A stretch of DNA of 64,000 nucleotides from an uncultured Verrucomicrobiae bacterium (lineage in GTDB: Bacteria > Verrucomicrobiota > Verrucomicrobiia > Limisphaerales > Palsa-1400). A program made the position numbers and the translations under genes. This document shows positions 11,840 through 21,901 of this stretch, in pieces. Each line of letters starts with the position of its first letter. Position 1 is the first letter of the stretch. The stretch covers positions 1,632,001 to 1,696,000 of the forward strand of contig CAVXRD010000001.1 in the NCBI GenBank assembly GCA_963764165.1, given 5' to 3'. Below the pieces are notes generated by a model. The model did not search any database. It was given only the letters and a program-made list of their open reading frames with translations, and had not been told where the DNA came from.

Positions 11840-13975
11840 ATGACGTTTTGCGCCCATTCGAGTTCTGCCCTAAGGCCCCTGACTGCGGTGATTCCATTCG
11901 CCCGGGGAGCTTGCGCCATCGCCCTCGCGATTTTCCCGATTTTGGCCGCGCAAGCCGGGCAGAATCCAGGCGTGGCGGATTACAAGGCGCGCATCCAGCC
12001 GCTGTTGCAGAATTACTGCTTTGATTGCCATGGCGACGGCGCGCACAAGGGCGATGTGGCGTTCGACGAGATGAAGTCCGACCAGCAGATTCTTACCAAT
12101 CGCGATCTTTGGCTTAAAGCGCTGAAAAATGTCCGGGCCGGAATGATGCCGCCCGCCAAGAAACCGCAGCCGACGCCGGAAGAGAAGCTCCAGCTTGCGC
12201 AATGGATCAAAACGTCAGTTTTCAACGCCAATCCCGACGCTCCCGATCCCGGTCATGTGACGATCCGCCGGCTCAATCGGGTCGAATATCACAATACGAT
12301 TCGCGACTTGATGGGCATCAGTTACGACACGCAACTAGCCTTCCCGCCGGACGACACCGGCTACGGCTTCGACACTATTGGCGACGTGCTCACCATTTCG
12401 CCGATGTTGCTGGAAAAATACTTGAACGCCGCGCAGCAAATCGTGGCCAAGGCCGTGCCGGAGAAGCTGGAAGGGTCCGATTCAAAGGCGTATCGCCGAT
12501 TTTTCCCGCGCAACGTGCCTGAGACCGCCAAGGAACGCCGGGCCTACGCCCGGGAAGTCATTTCCAGCTTCGCCCAAAAAGCCTTCCGCCGCCCCGTGGA
12601 CACGAAAACGGTGAACCGCCTGGCCGACATGGCGGAGGACACGTATTCGCGCCCCGGCAAATCGTTCGAGTCTGGCATTGCGGACGCGATGGTTGCGGTG
12701 CTGGCGTCGCCGCGATTTGTTTTCCGCGAGGAAGCAACCAAGGAGAACAAGGCCCATCCCGATTATCCATTGGTGGACGAATTTTCGCTCGCTTCGCGCC
12801 TGTCGTATTTCCTGTGGTCGACCATGCCGGACGAGGATTTGATGCGCGAAGCCGCCGCCGGGACCCTCCGGGCAAATCTCACCGAGGAGCTGCGCCGCAT
12901 GCTGACCGACAAGCGCTCCAAAGATTTCGTGCGGAATTTCACCGGCCAGTGGCTGAAGGCGCGCGACGTCGAGAATATCCAGATCGAAGATTCCGCGGTG
13001 CTCCAACGCGAGCGCGGCAACAATCCGGAAATGGAAAAAGTCCGCCATCGCTACCACGAACTCGACAACCTTGGCGAAGAGCGCCGCAACAAGGAAGAGG
13101 AGGCGGAATACAAGGAGATCAAGTCGACTTTCTTCAAACGCTTTGCAGTCGCACTTACGCCCGCCCTGAGCAGCGAGATGCGCCGCGCCATGCGAGATGA
13201 AACCGAGCAGGTTTTCAGCTATGTCATCAAAGATGACCGCAGTTTGATTGAATTGATCGATAGCGATTACACGTTTCTCAACGAAAAACTCGCTCATCAA
13301 TACGGCATTACCAACGTCACCGGCAGCGACATGCGCCGGGTCACGCTGCCGCCAAATAGTCCGCGCGGCGGGATTTTGACCGAGGGCACGGTGCTCGTGG
13401 TGACTTCCAATCCCACCCGCACCTCGCCGGTGAAACGCGGGTTGTTCATCCTCGACAATGTTCTCGGCACGCCGCCGCCGCCGCCCCCGCCGAACATCCC
13501 GTCCCTGGAGGATGCGCTCAAGTCGCTAACCAACGGCACGCCAACCTTGCGCCAGACGCTCGCGGCGCATCGGGCCAGCCCCATGTGCGCCTCCTGCCAT
13601 AATCGAATGGACCCGCTCGGCCTGGCCATGGAAAATTTCGATGCCCTCGGCCTCTGGCGAACCAACGAGCTGAAGCAGCCCATCGATGTCGCGGGAACTT
13701 TGTTGACCGGCGAGAGTTTTGGGAGCATTCAAGAGCTGAAGCACGCCCTGGCCAAAAAGCACGCGGAAGATTTCTATCGGACTTTGACAGAAAAGATGCT
13801 AACTTATGCTTTGGGCCGCGGCTTGGAATACTATGATGTCGAGACAGTAGATCAAATTGTAGCCCGGATCAAAAAAGCGGATGGACGCCCTTCTGCCCTG
13901 CTCGCCGGCATCGTGGAGTCGGCTCCGTTCCAGGAATGCCGGGCCGCCTCGGCTAAATCAATCTCAGCGCGTTAA
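11840..13975 (+). CDS. DUF1592/DUF1587/DUF1588 planctomycete-type cytochrome c protein (start uncertain)
   Basis: CFDCH and CASCH heme motifs, RRLNRVEYHNTIRDL, LASRLSYFLWSTMPD, TSPVKRG. Confidence 0.9.
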   Translation: MTFCAHSSSALRPLTAVIPFARGACAIALAIFPILAAQAGQNPGVADYKARIQPLLQNYCFDCHGDGAHKGDVAFDEMKSDQQILTNRDLWLKALKNVRAGMMPPAKKPQPTPEEKLQLAQWIKTSVFNANPDAPDPGHVTIRRLNRVEYHNTIRDLMGISYDTQLAFPPDDTGYGFDTIGDVLTISPMLLEKYLNAAQQIVAKAVPEKLEGSDSKAYRRFFPRNVPETAKERRAYAREVISSFAQKAFRRPVDTKTVNRLADMAEDTYSRPGKSFESGIADAMVAVLASPRFVFREEATKENKAHPDYPLVDEFSLASRLSYFLWSTMPDEDLMREAAAGTLRANLTEELRRMLTDKRSKDFVRNFTGQWLKARDVENIQIEDSAVLQRERGNNPEMEKVRHRYHELDNLGEERRNKEEEAEYKEIKSTFFKRFAVALTPALSSEMRRAMRDETEQVFSYVIKDDRSLIELIDSDYTFLNEKLAHQYGITNVTGSDMRRVTLPPNSPRGGILTEGTVLVVTSNPTRTSPVKRGLFILDNVLGTPPPPPPPNIPSLEDALKSLTNGTPTLRQTLAAHRASPMCASCHNRMDPLGLAMENFDALGLWRTNELKQPIDVAGTLLTGESFGSIQELKHALAKKHAEDFYRTLTEKMLTYALGRGLEYYDVETVDQIVARIKKADGRPSALLAGIVESAPFQECRAASAKSISAR

Positions 13976-13979
13976 AATT

Positions 13980-15368
13980 ATGACGACAAAAAATAGTTCC
14001 AATGGCAATTCAGCCCAAACCGGATTCAGCCGCCGTCATTTTTTGCGCGGGCTCGGCGCGGCCATTGCCCTGCCCGCTTTCAGTTCACTCGTGCCGCCGT
14101 CACTGGCGGCCGCGACCAGCGCCAAGCTCGCCGTCACGCCGACGGGCGCGCCGCTGCGCACCGCGTTTCTCTATTTCCCAAACGGCGCCATTCCCGCCGC
14201 ATGGTGGCCGGCCAAGGAAGGCACGGATTTCCAGCTTAGCAAAACCCTCCAGCCGCTGGCCGACCTGCGCCAGCACCTGCAAGTCGTAGGCGGCCTTGAC
14301 GATCACAGCGCGGATGGGCGCGAGGACGGCGGGGGCGACCACGCCCGGGCCAACGGAACGTTCCTCACCGGCGTCCGCTTGAAAAAGAGCGCGACAGATA
14401 TTCGCGCGGGCATTTCCATCGACCAGGTTTTCGCACGGCAAATCGGGCATTTGACGCGCTTTAGCTCGCTGGAATTGACGTGCGAAAGCGAACGCCCCAG
14501 CGGCGCTTGCGATACCGGTTATTCCTGCGCCTATCAATACAATCTTTCCTGGAGTTCGCCCACCACGCCGATGGCGGCGGAATCGAATCCGCGCCTCGTG
14601 TTCGAGCGCCTCTTCGGCGCCGGCCCGCCCGGCCAGCGCGCGGAAAGCTTGCGCCGCCGCCGGCTGGAGCAGCGCTCGATCCTGGATTTCGTGATGCAGG
14701 ACGCCAAGGCGATGGAGCGCCGCCTCAATTACAACGACCAGGCCAAATTGGACCAATACTTGACAGGTGTGCGGGAATTGGAAGCGCGCATCCACCAGGC
14801 CGAAAAACTCGGCGATCCAAAAGACCCGATGGTGCCGACGCCCACGGCCATCCCGGCCAGTTACGCCGAGCACATGGACCTTTTATTTGACATCTTGACG
14901 CTTGCCTTCCAGACCGATTCCACCCGCATTGCAACGATGGCGCTGGCGCACGACGGCAGCAACCGCTCGTTTTCCGAGATTGGGATTCCCGAGGGCCACC
15001 ATGATCTTTCGCATCATTTTGAAAACGCGGAGAAAATCAAGAAAGTTTCCGACATCGATCTGTGGTATGTGCAGCAATTCGGCAAGTTCCTGCGCAAGCT
15101 CGACGCGGTCAAGGACACGGACGGCAAATCGCTTTTGCACAACTCCATGATCGTCTACGGCAGCGGCAACGCCGATGGCAACCGCCATTCGCACACGAAT
15201 CTTCCGCTGATCCTGGCAGGCGCGGGCGGCGGGACACTGACGCCAGGACGCTATGTCAAGCATTCGTCCGTTCCCATGTCTAATATGTTCCTGAGCGTCG
15301 GCGATCGTTTGGGGCTGTCAGACATTCCGCGCTTTGGAGAGTCCACCGGGAGATTGTCAAATGTATAG
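13980..15368 (+). CDS. DUF1552 (HXXSHH) Tat-exported protein
   Basis: SRRHFLRG Tat signal, YFPNG, CDTGYSCAY, HHDLSHH; usual partner of DUF1592. Confidence 0.92.
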   Translation: MTTKNSSNGNSAQTGFSRRHFLRGLGAAIALPAFSSLVPPSLAAATSAKLAVTPTGAPLRTAFLYFPNGAIPAAWWPAKEGTDFQLSKTLQPLADLRQHLQVVGGLDDHSADGREDGGGDHARANGTFLTGVRLKKSATDIRAGISIDQVFARQIGHLTRFSSLELTCESERPSGACDTGYSCAYQYNLSWSSPTTPMAAESNPRLVFERLFGAGPPGQRAESLRRRRLEQRSILDFVMQDAKAMERRLNYNDQAKLDQYLTGVRELEARIHQAEKLGDPKDPMVPTPTAIPASYAEHMDLLFDILTLAFQTDSTRIATMALAHDGSNRSFSEIGIPEGHHDLSHHFENAEKIKKVSDIDLWYVQQFGKFLRKLDAVKDTDGKSLLHNSMIVYGSGNADGNRHSHTNLPLILAGAGGGTLTPGRYVKHSSVPMSNMFLSVGDRLGLSDIPRFGESTGRLSNV

Positions 15369-16233
15369 TTTCTTGCGGAAGGCGGCCGGAGTTGCCGCTT
15401 GCTTCGCTGCCGCCGCGGCGTTGAGCGCCATGGCGGCTGAGCCGTTTGTCCTGCCACTTTGGGAAAACGGCCCGCCTGGATTCGAAAAATACCGCAACGA
15501 AGTGGAAACCACCAACGGAGGCTCGGTCGCAAACGTCCACAATCCGTCCATCACTGTTTATTTGCCGCCGAAGGAAAAAGCCAACGGCGCAGGCGTGCTG
15601 ATTTTTCCGGGAGGCGGATTCCGCCAGATCGGTGTCAAGGGCGAAGGCGTCGAACCGGCGCATTATTGGAACGATCTTGGCGTGGCGGCGTTCATTTGCA
15701 AATACCGCCTGCCGCGCGAAACCAATTCGCCCTATTCCCTTGACATCCACCCGCGCCAGGACGGCCAGCGCGCGATGCGCGTCGTCCGCAGCCACGCCGC
15801 CGAATGGGGCATCGATCCGAAACGCATCGGCATTGAAGGCTTTTCCGCCGGCGGAGAAATGACCTCTTACCTAGCCTTCAGCCCCTACGCTGGCGACCCG
15901 AACGCCGCCGACCCGGTTGACCGCCTCGATTGTTCCGTCGCGTTTCAAATTGTTATTTATCCCGGCCCGCTTGGCATCCCGGAAAAGGTTGCCTCCGACG
16001 CCCCGCCCGCCTTCTTCATCATCGCGAACGACGACACAGGCCACATGGAAGGATTGCTTTCGATGGTCGCTAAATACCACGCCGCCAACCGCCCAATGGA
16101 AGTTCACATCTACGAGCGAGGCGGCCACGGTTTTGGAATGGGGACACACTCCAAATTCAAATCCATCCGCACATGGAATGACCGCCTGACCGACTGGCTG
16201 AACGACAACAAGATTTTGCAGGGCGCGCCGTGA
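15361..16233 (+). CDS. Secreted alpha/beta hydrolase (carbohydrate esterase-like)
   Basis: Signal peptide, PGGGF, GFSAGG nucleophile elbow, GGHGFG. Confidence 0.88.
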   Translation: MYSFLRKAAGVAACFAAAAALSAMAAEPFVLPLWENGPPGFEKYRNEVETTNGGSVANVHNPSITVYLPPKEKANGAGVLIFPGGGFRQIGVKGEGVEPAHYWNDLGVAAFICKYRLPRETNSPYSLDIHPRQDGQRAMRVVRSHAAEWGIDPKRIGIEGFSAGGEMTSYLAFSPYAGDPNAADPVDRLDCSVAFQIVIYPGPLGIPEKVASDAPPAFFIIANDDTGHMEGLLSMVAKYHAANRPMEVHIYERGGHGFGMGTHSKFKSIRTWNDRLTDWLNDNKILQGAP

Positions 16234-16275
16234 GTCGAAAAGCAACATCACCGTTGCGACAATGTTCCGCCGACA

Positions 16276-17361
16276 TCATGGGGGATTTTTCTTTCCGGCA
16301 GAAGGCTTCAAGTGTTTGAGCTTTTTTATCGCTGCATCAAAATCCTTTTCCACCAAACTTGGCTTCGCGTCTTCGAGCGCGCGGAATTTTGAGAATTCGA
16401 ACTGGGCTTTTTCCATCGCTGCGTCGTGAGAGATTTTTCCCGCATGCGTCAATATATTGCGATCGGACAGGCGCAAAAAATCGTCAAGCTTCGCAGTCCA
16501 GGCCCGCATGGTCATAGGGTTGCGATTCATCGCCTGCAGCTCGGCAAATTCCAGATAGGCGGTCACAATCCGGTTCAGCGCTGTCAATTCCTCCTCCGTC
16601 AAATAGTTTTTGGCAATCGACGTGTCCTCCTTGCGCACGATGCCGCCGGGGCGGGTCGTCTTCAGTCCCATAAAGGGTTTGCTCGCGTCGGCCCGCGCGT
16701 GAATCACTTCAGCCGCTGTGTGCCCATGAGCAGCCCAATGCATTTTATTTTGGACAATCGCAAAAAACGTTTGTGAAACCACCTGGCTCGGATCGTAGTC
16801 GGTGCTCGTGGCATAGATATCCAGAACCTTTCGCCAGAAGACTTTTTCCGACGAACGAATGTCGCGAATGCGCGCCAGCAGTTCCTCGAAATAATCCGCG
16901 TCGCCGCCTTCTTTCAGGCGCATGTCGTCCATCGCGAATCCTTTCACGATGTATTCGCGCAGCCTCTGGGTGGCCCAGATGCGGAACTGCGTGCCACGCG
17001 GAGAACGGACGCGATACCCGACGGCAATAATTGCGTCCAGATTGTAATGTTTCAGGTTCCGTCGAATCGACCGCGCACCCTCCATTCGAACTTGTAAGTA
17101 ATCCTTACAAGTTGCCTGTTCGCCCAGTTCACCTTCGCTGTAAATGGCTTGCAGATGGAGGGTTATGTTCTGCGGCGTAGTCTCGAAAAGCTCTCCCATC
17201 TGAGCTTGGGTAAGCCAAGCTGTGTGGCCGTCCAGGCGGACATGAAGGCGGGTCTGCGCGTCCTCAGTTTGAAAAAGGATAACCTCGCCACCCGGTTTTG
17301 GCTCTCCGCAGGCGGCTACTCGCAAGCCCGCTGAATAGGATTCCGACCCTGACTTGCTCAT
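16276..17361 (-). CDS. rhuM: RhuM family protein (putative DNA-binding)
   Basis: WLTQAQMGELF, HYNLDAIIAVGYRVRSPRGTQFRIWAT, LLARIRDIRSSEK, QNKMHWA, IAKNYL. Confidence 0.92.
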   Translation of the reverse strand: MSKSGSESYSAGLRVAACGEPKPGGEVILFQTEDAQTRLHVRLDGHTAWLTQAQMGELFETTPQNITLHLQAIYSEGELGEQATCKDYLQVRMEGARSIRRNLKHYNLDAIIAVGYRVRSPRGTQFRIWATQRLREYIVKGFAMDDMRLKEGGDADYFEELLARIRDIRSSEKVFWRKVLDIYATSTDYDPSQVVSQTFFAIVQNKMHWAAHGHTAAEVIHARADASKPFMGLKTTRPGGIVRKEDTSIAKNYLTEEELTALNRIVTAYLEFAELQAMNRNPMTMRAWTAKLDDFLRLSDRNILTHAGKISHDAAMEKAQFEFSKFRALEDAKPSLVEKDFDAAIKKLKHLKPSAGKKNPP

Positions 17362-17425
17362 GCGTCGACCAAGAGCATGACCATTCGCACGAAGCGAAGC
17401 CAGCGAAAACACAATCTCGCCGCGC

Positions 17426-17468
17426 ATTATCGTGGACTCGAACTTGTAAGCAATCCTTACAAGTTGCC
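17426..17468 (-). promoter_or_regulatory. Putative rhuM promoter overlapped by a 10-5-10 palindrome
   Basis: Minus strand TTGCTT-16-GATAAT; palindrome aacttgtaag-caatc-cttacaagtt at 17441-17465. Confidence 0.55.
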
Positions 17469-17478
17469 GCCCTGCAAT

Positions 17479-19683
17479 CTAAAACAGCACGGTAAGTTCG
17501 CGGGCGGCGGCCTCGTTCAGGAAATGAATCCACATCAGCCCTTCGTCCGCGCTGTAATTGACAGATTCGACATTCGCCCCGGCCAGGGTCACGGACTTCG
17601 CGGCGCGCGGCGCTCGAATCAAAACTACCGCGGCCGTCCCGCCGACTCCTTCGACCAACGCCGAAATTTTCTCCGCGCTTTGGGTTTGCGGCACCGCGCG
17701 GCAGCCCGCCGCCAGCAGCGAGCGCCCGGCAATATCGGGCGCATCGACATCGAGCAATACAAATCGATGCCCCGGCGATAAGACAACTTCCCTCTGCACT
17801 TTCAATTCGGAGTCAAATAAATTGATGAATCGCCCTTTCAGCACGCGCGGTTCACCGGCGATGGATTCATCAAGGCCCGCCGCGACAATGTAGGGGCCCC
17901 GCTTGAGGTAAAGGCAATTGGTCTCGCTCCAAGCGAAATGCGGAGCGATGGAGCTTGCCAGATCACTCGCGCCGCGGCGGACGGCGTCCACCACAGCTTC
18001 GTCACCGCGCTCTTTGCGCGAAAGCACCGCCGGATTGTGGTGCAGCCAGATCAACTCGCCCTGCCCAACTTTCACCGGGCCTGTTTCATTTTGCGCGACA
18101 CCCAATTGTTCGAAGAGATGCTGGCGCGGCGTCGCGTAATGCATGCCGTTCGTGTTCCACCATTCGCGGACGCGATCGAACGGGTCGCCGTCGTCATCGC
18201 AGAAAACGAGCAAGCCGCCGCGCTTCACCCAATCGGCCAAGCCCGCGTGAACTTCCGGCGTCAACGGTTTCATCCCATGATAGCTCATCAGCAGGCAATG
18301 AACGCCGTCGAGGTAGCCGGGAATTTGCGCGTCCTCGAGTTGGATGGGTTGCACTGGCAATCCGCGTTTGAGGAACGGCAGCGCAAGCCCATACACACCG
18401 CCTAGGCGCGAATCGCTCGGCGAAGGATCGCCGCGCTCGAACATCAGCGAATCTCCGATGATCACGCCTAGTCCGGTTGCGCCGCAATTCCATGAGACGT
18501 TCGTTTGCGCCATGTCGTCGAGGGCATTCCAGATCACTTGCAGCTCCGTCGCGTAGGCGGGGGGCATTTTTTTGCGGTCCTCCCGCGGGCCGTTGCGTGG
18601 GTAGCGCGTATTGAAAATGCGTTCGGGCCACGGCGCGATTTCGTAGCGTGAGACTTCCGGCTGGAAGAGCGATGCCGTCAGCGTGCATTCCCAATTCTGC
18701 TGGTAATCGTTCCAATCATGGTTCCCATTGTCCTCGATGGGATCGTTCAGATACCAAACCGTGCGTCCTGTGGAACGGACAAGATTCTGCATCGCGCCAT
18801 ATTCGAGAAACGCCGTGTCAAAGGTGCGCTCGCGCTCCTGCCCATGGTAGAAATTCGGCGTGCGCGACGTGCCCGTCCAGACCTGCGCAATGTAACCGTC
18901 GCAGCCGTTGAGGCGCGCCAGGCTCGACTCCGGACTGACGATTCCCCAGTCAGCGTAATTGATCAAACTGTGGGTCGGAACGTAGCAGCGGACGTGCGCG
19001 CCCTTCTCTTTGTTGAACGCCAAAATGCTGTCAAACACTTGCTGCAGCGCGCGGCGATACAAATAGTATTTCAGATTGGAGGCGCGCCATTGCGCGTCCA
19101 CCGACGAATGCGGCGCCTGCCACGGCTCGCCATAGTAGCTTTGCCACTCGCGTTTGAAGCCATCGGAATAACCGTTTTGCACCCAGAATTCTGGTTCCTC
19201 CAGATGCACGGCCTCGACGCCGGCGTCCAAAGCCTTGCGCACTCCGGCGCTTAGGTAATTGCCATAGTTTGTGCTCGGGCTCATATAGTATGCGCCGCCG
19301 CCATGGCCGTGCGCACGGCCGCTGCGATCCGTCTGCCGTTCGTCGTTGTGATCCTTCCCGTCGAATCCCCCAAAGAGGAAATTAGTGTAATTGCCCCACG
19401 CCACGCCGGTCATCAAATGAACCCGATAGCCGCGGTCGCGCCACGACTTCACACGCTCTTCAACGTTCGCGTCGAACCCATAGACGATGGCGACATCCGC
19501 GCGCAAATCGCAGTCGGGCTTCCATGCGACATGTGTTTGGAAACACGTCCGCTCCATGCTTTGTTGCGGGTCGGCAAAGGGCAGATTGGTTTGGGCGACC
19601 AGCGGACGAGTCAGCCCGCAAATGCCGAGCAGCGATGCGAAAACGGCAATGGCCTTAACTCGCGAAAACCTCGTCTCATTCAT
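17479..19683 (-). CDS. Secreted hypothetical protein, glycoside-hydrolase-like
   Basis: Signal peptide, aromatic-rich, HLEEPEFW acidic motif, LADWVKRGGLLV segment like GATase-type trimerisation domains; family not recognised. Confidence 0.6.
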   Translation of the reverse strand: MNETRFSRVKAIAVFASLLGICGLTRPLVAQTNLPFADPQQSMERTCFQTHVAWKPDCDLRADVAIVYGFDANVEERVKSWRDRGYRVHLMTGVAWGNYTNFLFGGFDGKDHNDERQTDRSGRAHGHGGGAYYMSPSTNYGNYLSAGVRKALDAGVEAVHLEEPEFWVQNGYSDGFKREWQSYYGEPWQAPHSSVDAQWRASNLKYYLYRRALQQVFDSILAFNKEKGAHVRCYVPTHSLINYADWGIVSPESSLARLNGCDGYIAQVWTGTSRTPNFYHGQERERTFDTAFLEYGAMQNLVRSTGRTVWYLNDPIEDNGNHDWNDYQQNWECTLTASLFQPEVSRYEIAPWPERIFNTRYPRNGPREDRKKMPPAYATELQVIWNALDDMAQTNVSWNCGATGLGVIIGDSLMFERGDPSPSDSRLGGVYGLALPFLKRGLPVQPIQLEDAQIPGYLDGVHCLLMSYHGMKPLTPEVHAGLADWVKRGGLLVFCDDDGDPFDRVREWWNTNGMHYATPRQHLFEQLGVAQNETGPVKVGQGELIWLHHNPAVLSRKERGDEAVVDAVRRGASDLASSIAPHFAWSETNCLYLKRGPYIVAAGLDESIAGEPRVLKGRFINLFDSELKVQREVVLSPGHRFVLLDVDAPDIAGRSLLAAGCRAVPQTQSAEKISALVEGVGGTAAVVLIRAPRAAKSVTLAGANVESVNYSADEGLMWIHFLNEAAARELTVLF

Positions 19684-19693
19684 GAGACTGATT

Positions 19694-21139
19694 TCAATGC
19701 GCCTGTGGCGCGGAGTCAACCTTGTTCATTTGCTTTGGAGGGGTGCGACGCGATTGGAGAAACGCGACCAGATCATCCATGTCGCCGGGGGCTAGGTTGG
19801 CGGCGAACGCAGGCATGTTGTTGCCTCCATTGGAAATTCGGATAATCATTTGGTCGCGCGTCAACCGATCTGCGACGTTGCTTAAGTCCGGCCCGCGACG
19901 CCCGCCGCTGCCGTCGATCCAATGGCAATTGAGGCAGCCTTTGTCATGAAATTTTTGCGCCCCAGCGAACACGGGGCCGCCCGTTGCCCCGACCACGGAT
20001 TCCGGAAGCGGCTTCGCCTCGAAGTTCGGCGACCATGGAGATTTCGCGCCCTCCACCCAAAGGGTCGAAATCATTATGACCACCGCAACGACCATCGCCA
20101 CCGCCCACGGCCGACGGCGAAAACTCCGCTCGCCCTTGTTTGCGATGAACGGCATAACGATCAGTATGAACCCTGCAATCAGCGGCGCAAACACCATGAA
20201 GTAACGCTCCGAGCCATGCGGCAAAAGCGCCAGCACTCCGAAGTACCACAGCAAATACCAATCCGGCCGCGGATCAGCCCCGACGATGCTCGGGTCCGGT
20301 GGCTTGCCAAGTTCGGGCGCGCCAACGATCATCGCCAGCAGCGCCATTCCCAAAATCATCCCCACGCAGAAAACGACATCGCGCCAGGCGGCATCCGGCC
20401 AGAATGGTTTGCCGGTTTTCTCCATCAATTCCTTATATTCCTTGCGATAGGTTTTTGGATTGACGGGCTTGCCTGGAGTCGGCGGCTCAGAAATCCCGTG
20501 ACGCAACACCAGCATCAGATGCAAACCGACAAAAGCAAAAATGCACGCGGGCATGATGAAGACATGCACAACGAAAAATCGTGTCAAGGTCGCCCCACCC
20601 ACTGTATCGCCGCCGAGTGTGAAATGAGCCAGCCACGGGCCAATCACGGGAACGCGGCCGGTTTGTTCCGCCGCGACCACCACCGACCAGATCGCGGTTT
20701 GGTCCCAGCGCAAAAGCTGCCCGGTAAATCCCATCACCAGCGTAAACCCGAGCAGCAGCACGCCCGTCGCCCAGGTCAGCTCGCGCGGAAATTTGTAGGA
20801 GCCGAACAAAAACACCTGCGCCATGTGCAGCCCCACCATCAGCACCATGGCCGAGGCGCCGTAGTAATGGAGGCTTCGCAGGAAATTTCCAAACGGCGCT
20901 TCGTTGGTGATGAATTGGAGCGTTTGATACGCGTCGCCCGCAGAGGGAATATAAGCAAACGCCAACGCTACTCCGCTGACAACCTGAATGACGAAGGCGC
21001 AGAACGTCGCGCTGCCGAAGACATACCACCAGCGCGCATCGTGCGGCACAAGGTGCTTGGCCTGCTCGCCGATCATCGCCCCGAGGCCTGTGCGATCCTC
21101 CAGCCAATCGCGGATTTTTATGAAAACGCGGCGAATCAT
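19694..21139 (-). CDS. qcrB: Cytochrome b of a bc complex fused to a C-terminal cytochrome c
   Basis: RSLHYYGAS...LHMAQVF, TLTRFFVVH, PDWY Qo motif, CLNCH...MPAF. Confidence 0.93.
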   Translation of the reverse strand: MIRRVFIKIRDWLEDRTGLGAMIGEQAKHLVPHDARWWYVFGSATFCAFVIQVVSGVALAFAYIPSAGDAYQTLQFITNEAPFGNFLRSLHYYGASAMVLMVGLHMAQVFLFGSYKFPRELTWATGVLLLGFTLVMGFTGQLLRWDQTAIWSVVVAAEQTGRVPVIGPWLAHFTLGGDTVGGATLTRFFVVHVFIMPACIFAFVGLHLMLVLRHGISEPPTPGKPVNPKTYRKEYKELMEKTGKPFWPDAAWRDVVFCVGMILGMALLAMIVGAPELGKPPDPSIVGADPRPDWYLLWYFGVLALLPHGSERYFMVFAPLIAGFILIVMPFIANKGERSFRRRPWAVAMVVAVVIMISTLWVEGAKSPWSPNFEAKPLPESVVGATGGPVFAGAQKFHDKGCLNCHWIDGSGGRRGPDLSNVADRLTRDQMIIRISNGGNNMPAFAANLAPGDMDDLVAFLQSRRTPPKQMNKVDSAPQAH

Positions 21140-21684
21140 GTGGTGGAAATGGGGATAGGCGCGGTGAGAATTTGCACCTGCCCTTTATAAATCCGAACTT
21201 GGTAGCGCGGCAGCGGCGCTGGCGGAGGACCGGCTGCAACCGCGCCGTCCTCGTAATAAACGCCGCCATGGCACGGGCACATGAATAATTTCGCTCCTTC
21301 CAGCCAGCGCACCGGGCAGCCCAGATGCGTGCAGTTCAGCGAGAACGCGATGAACGAATCCTCCCCCACCTTCCGCACATAGGCCGCCGTCCTTGCCGTC
21401 ACGCCAGCCCACGGCAATGGCGATGAATCTTCAAATGCGACCTGCTTCGTTTCTCCTAATTTGAACGATTTGGGATCTCCGACTGACCGCCATATCTGTT
21501 TGTCACGCTCGAAGAGCGGCGCGAAAATAAAACCCACCATCGGCAACGCCAATACCGCCGCGCCGAAACTGCCCAGCAAAATGCTGAAACGCTCGAGAAA
21601 TTTTCGACGCGACACTTCGGCAGGCGAGGCCGCGCACGCGCAGGGCGCGGGATTTGGATTATTTTCCGTGTTTGGATCTTTCAT
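21136..21684 (-). CDS. qcrA: Rieske iron-sulfur subunit
   Basis: SRRKFL Tat signal, CTHLGC and CPCHGG. Confidence 0.93.
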   Translation of the reverse strand: MKDPNTENNPNPAPCACAASPAEVSRRKFLERFSILLGSFGAAVLALPMVGFIFAPLFERDKQIWRSVGDPKSFKLGETKQVAFEDSSPLPWAGVTARTAAYVRKVGEDSFIAFSLNCTHLGCPVRWLEGAKLFMCPCHGGVYYEDGAVAAGPPPAPLPRYQVRIYKGQVQILTAPIPISTT

Positions 21685-21901
21685 GACGAATCTCCCGAAT
21701 CCAACCAATCATCGACACCGCGAACAACAACAAACCAATGCCCGAAATAATCAGCGAGCTCACCAAGCCCCAGACGATGAACATGATCGCCAGCGACAGC
21801 GCCGCGGGCCATATCGAAGGCTCTGGCAAGTCGTCCGGTTGCGGAGCCGTCCAGCCGGGCGGCAAATTCACTTGAGGCGGAGTCGAGTGTTCAGTGTCCA
21901 T
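21659..21901 (-). CDS. Small 2-TM protein, cytochrome c oxidase subunit IV-like
   Basis: LPEPSIWP motif, two TM helices, GWIRE; RBS agaggag; lies within the oxidase operon. Confidence 0.7.
   Translation of the reverse strand: MDTEHSTPPQVNLPPGWTAPQPDDLPEPSIWPAALSLAIMFIVWGLVSSLIISGIGLLLFAVSMIGWIREIRHERSKHGK

Noticed and set aside
17264..17533. 89-aa ORF containing ATCKDCLQVR, as a possible second rhuM
   Set aside because: Similarity is limited to the 31-bp repeat and the ORF overlaps both neighbours; treated as a DNA element rather than a gene.
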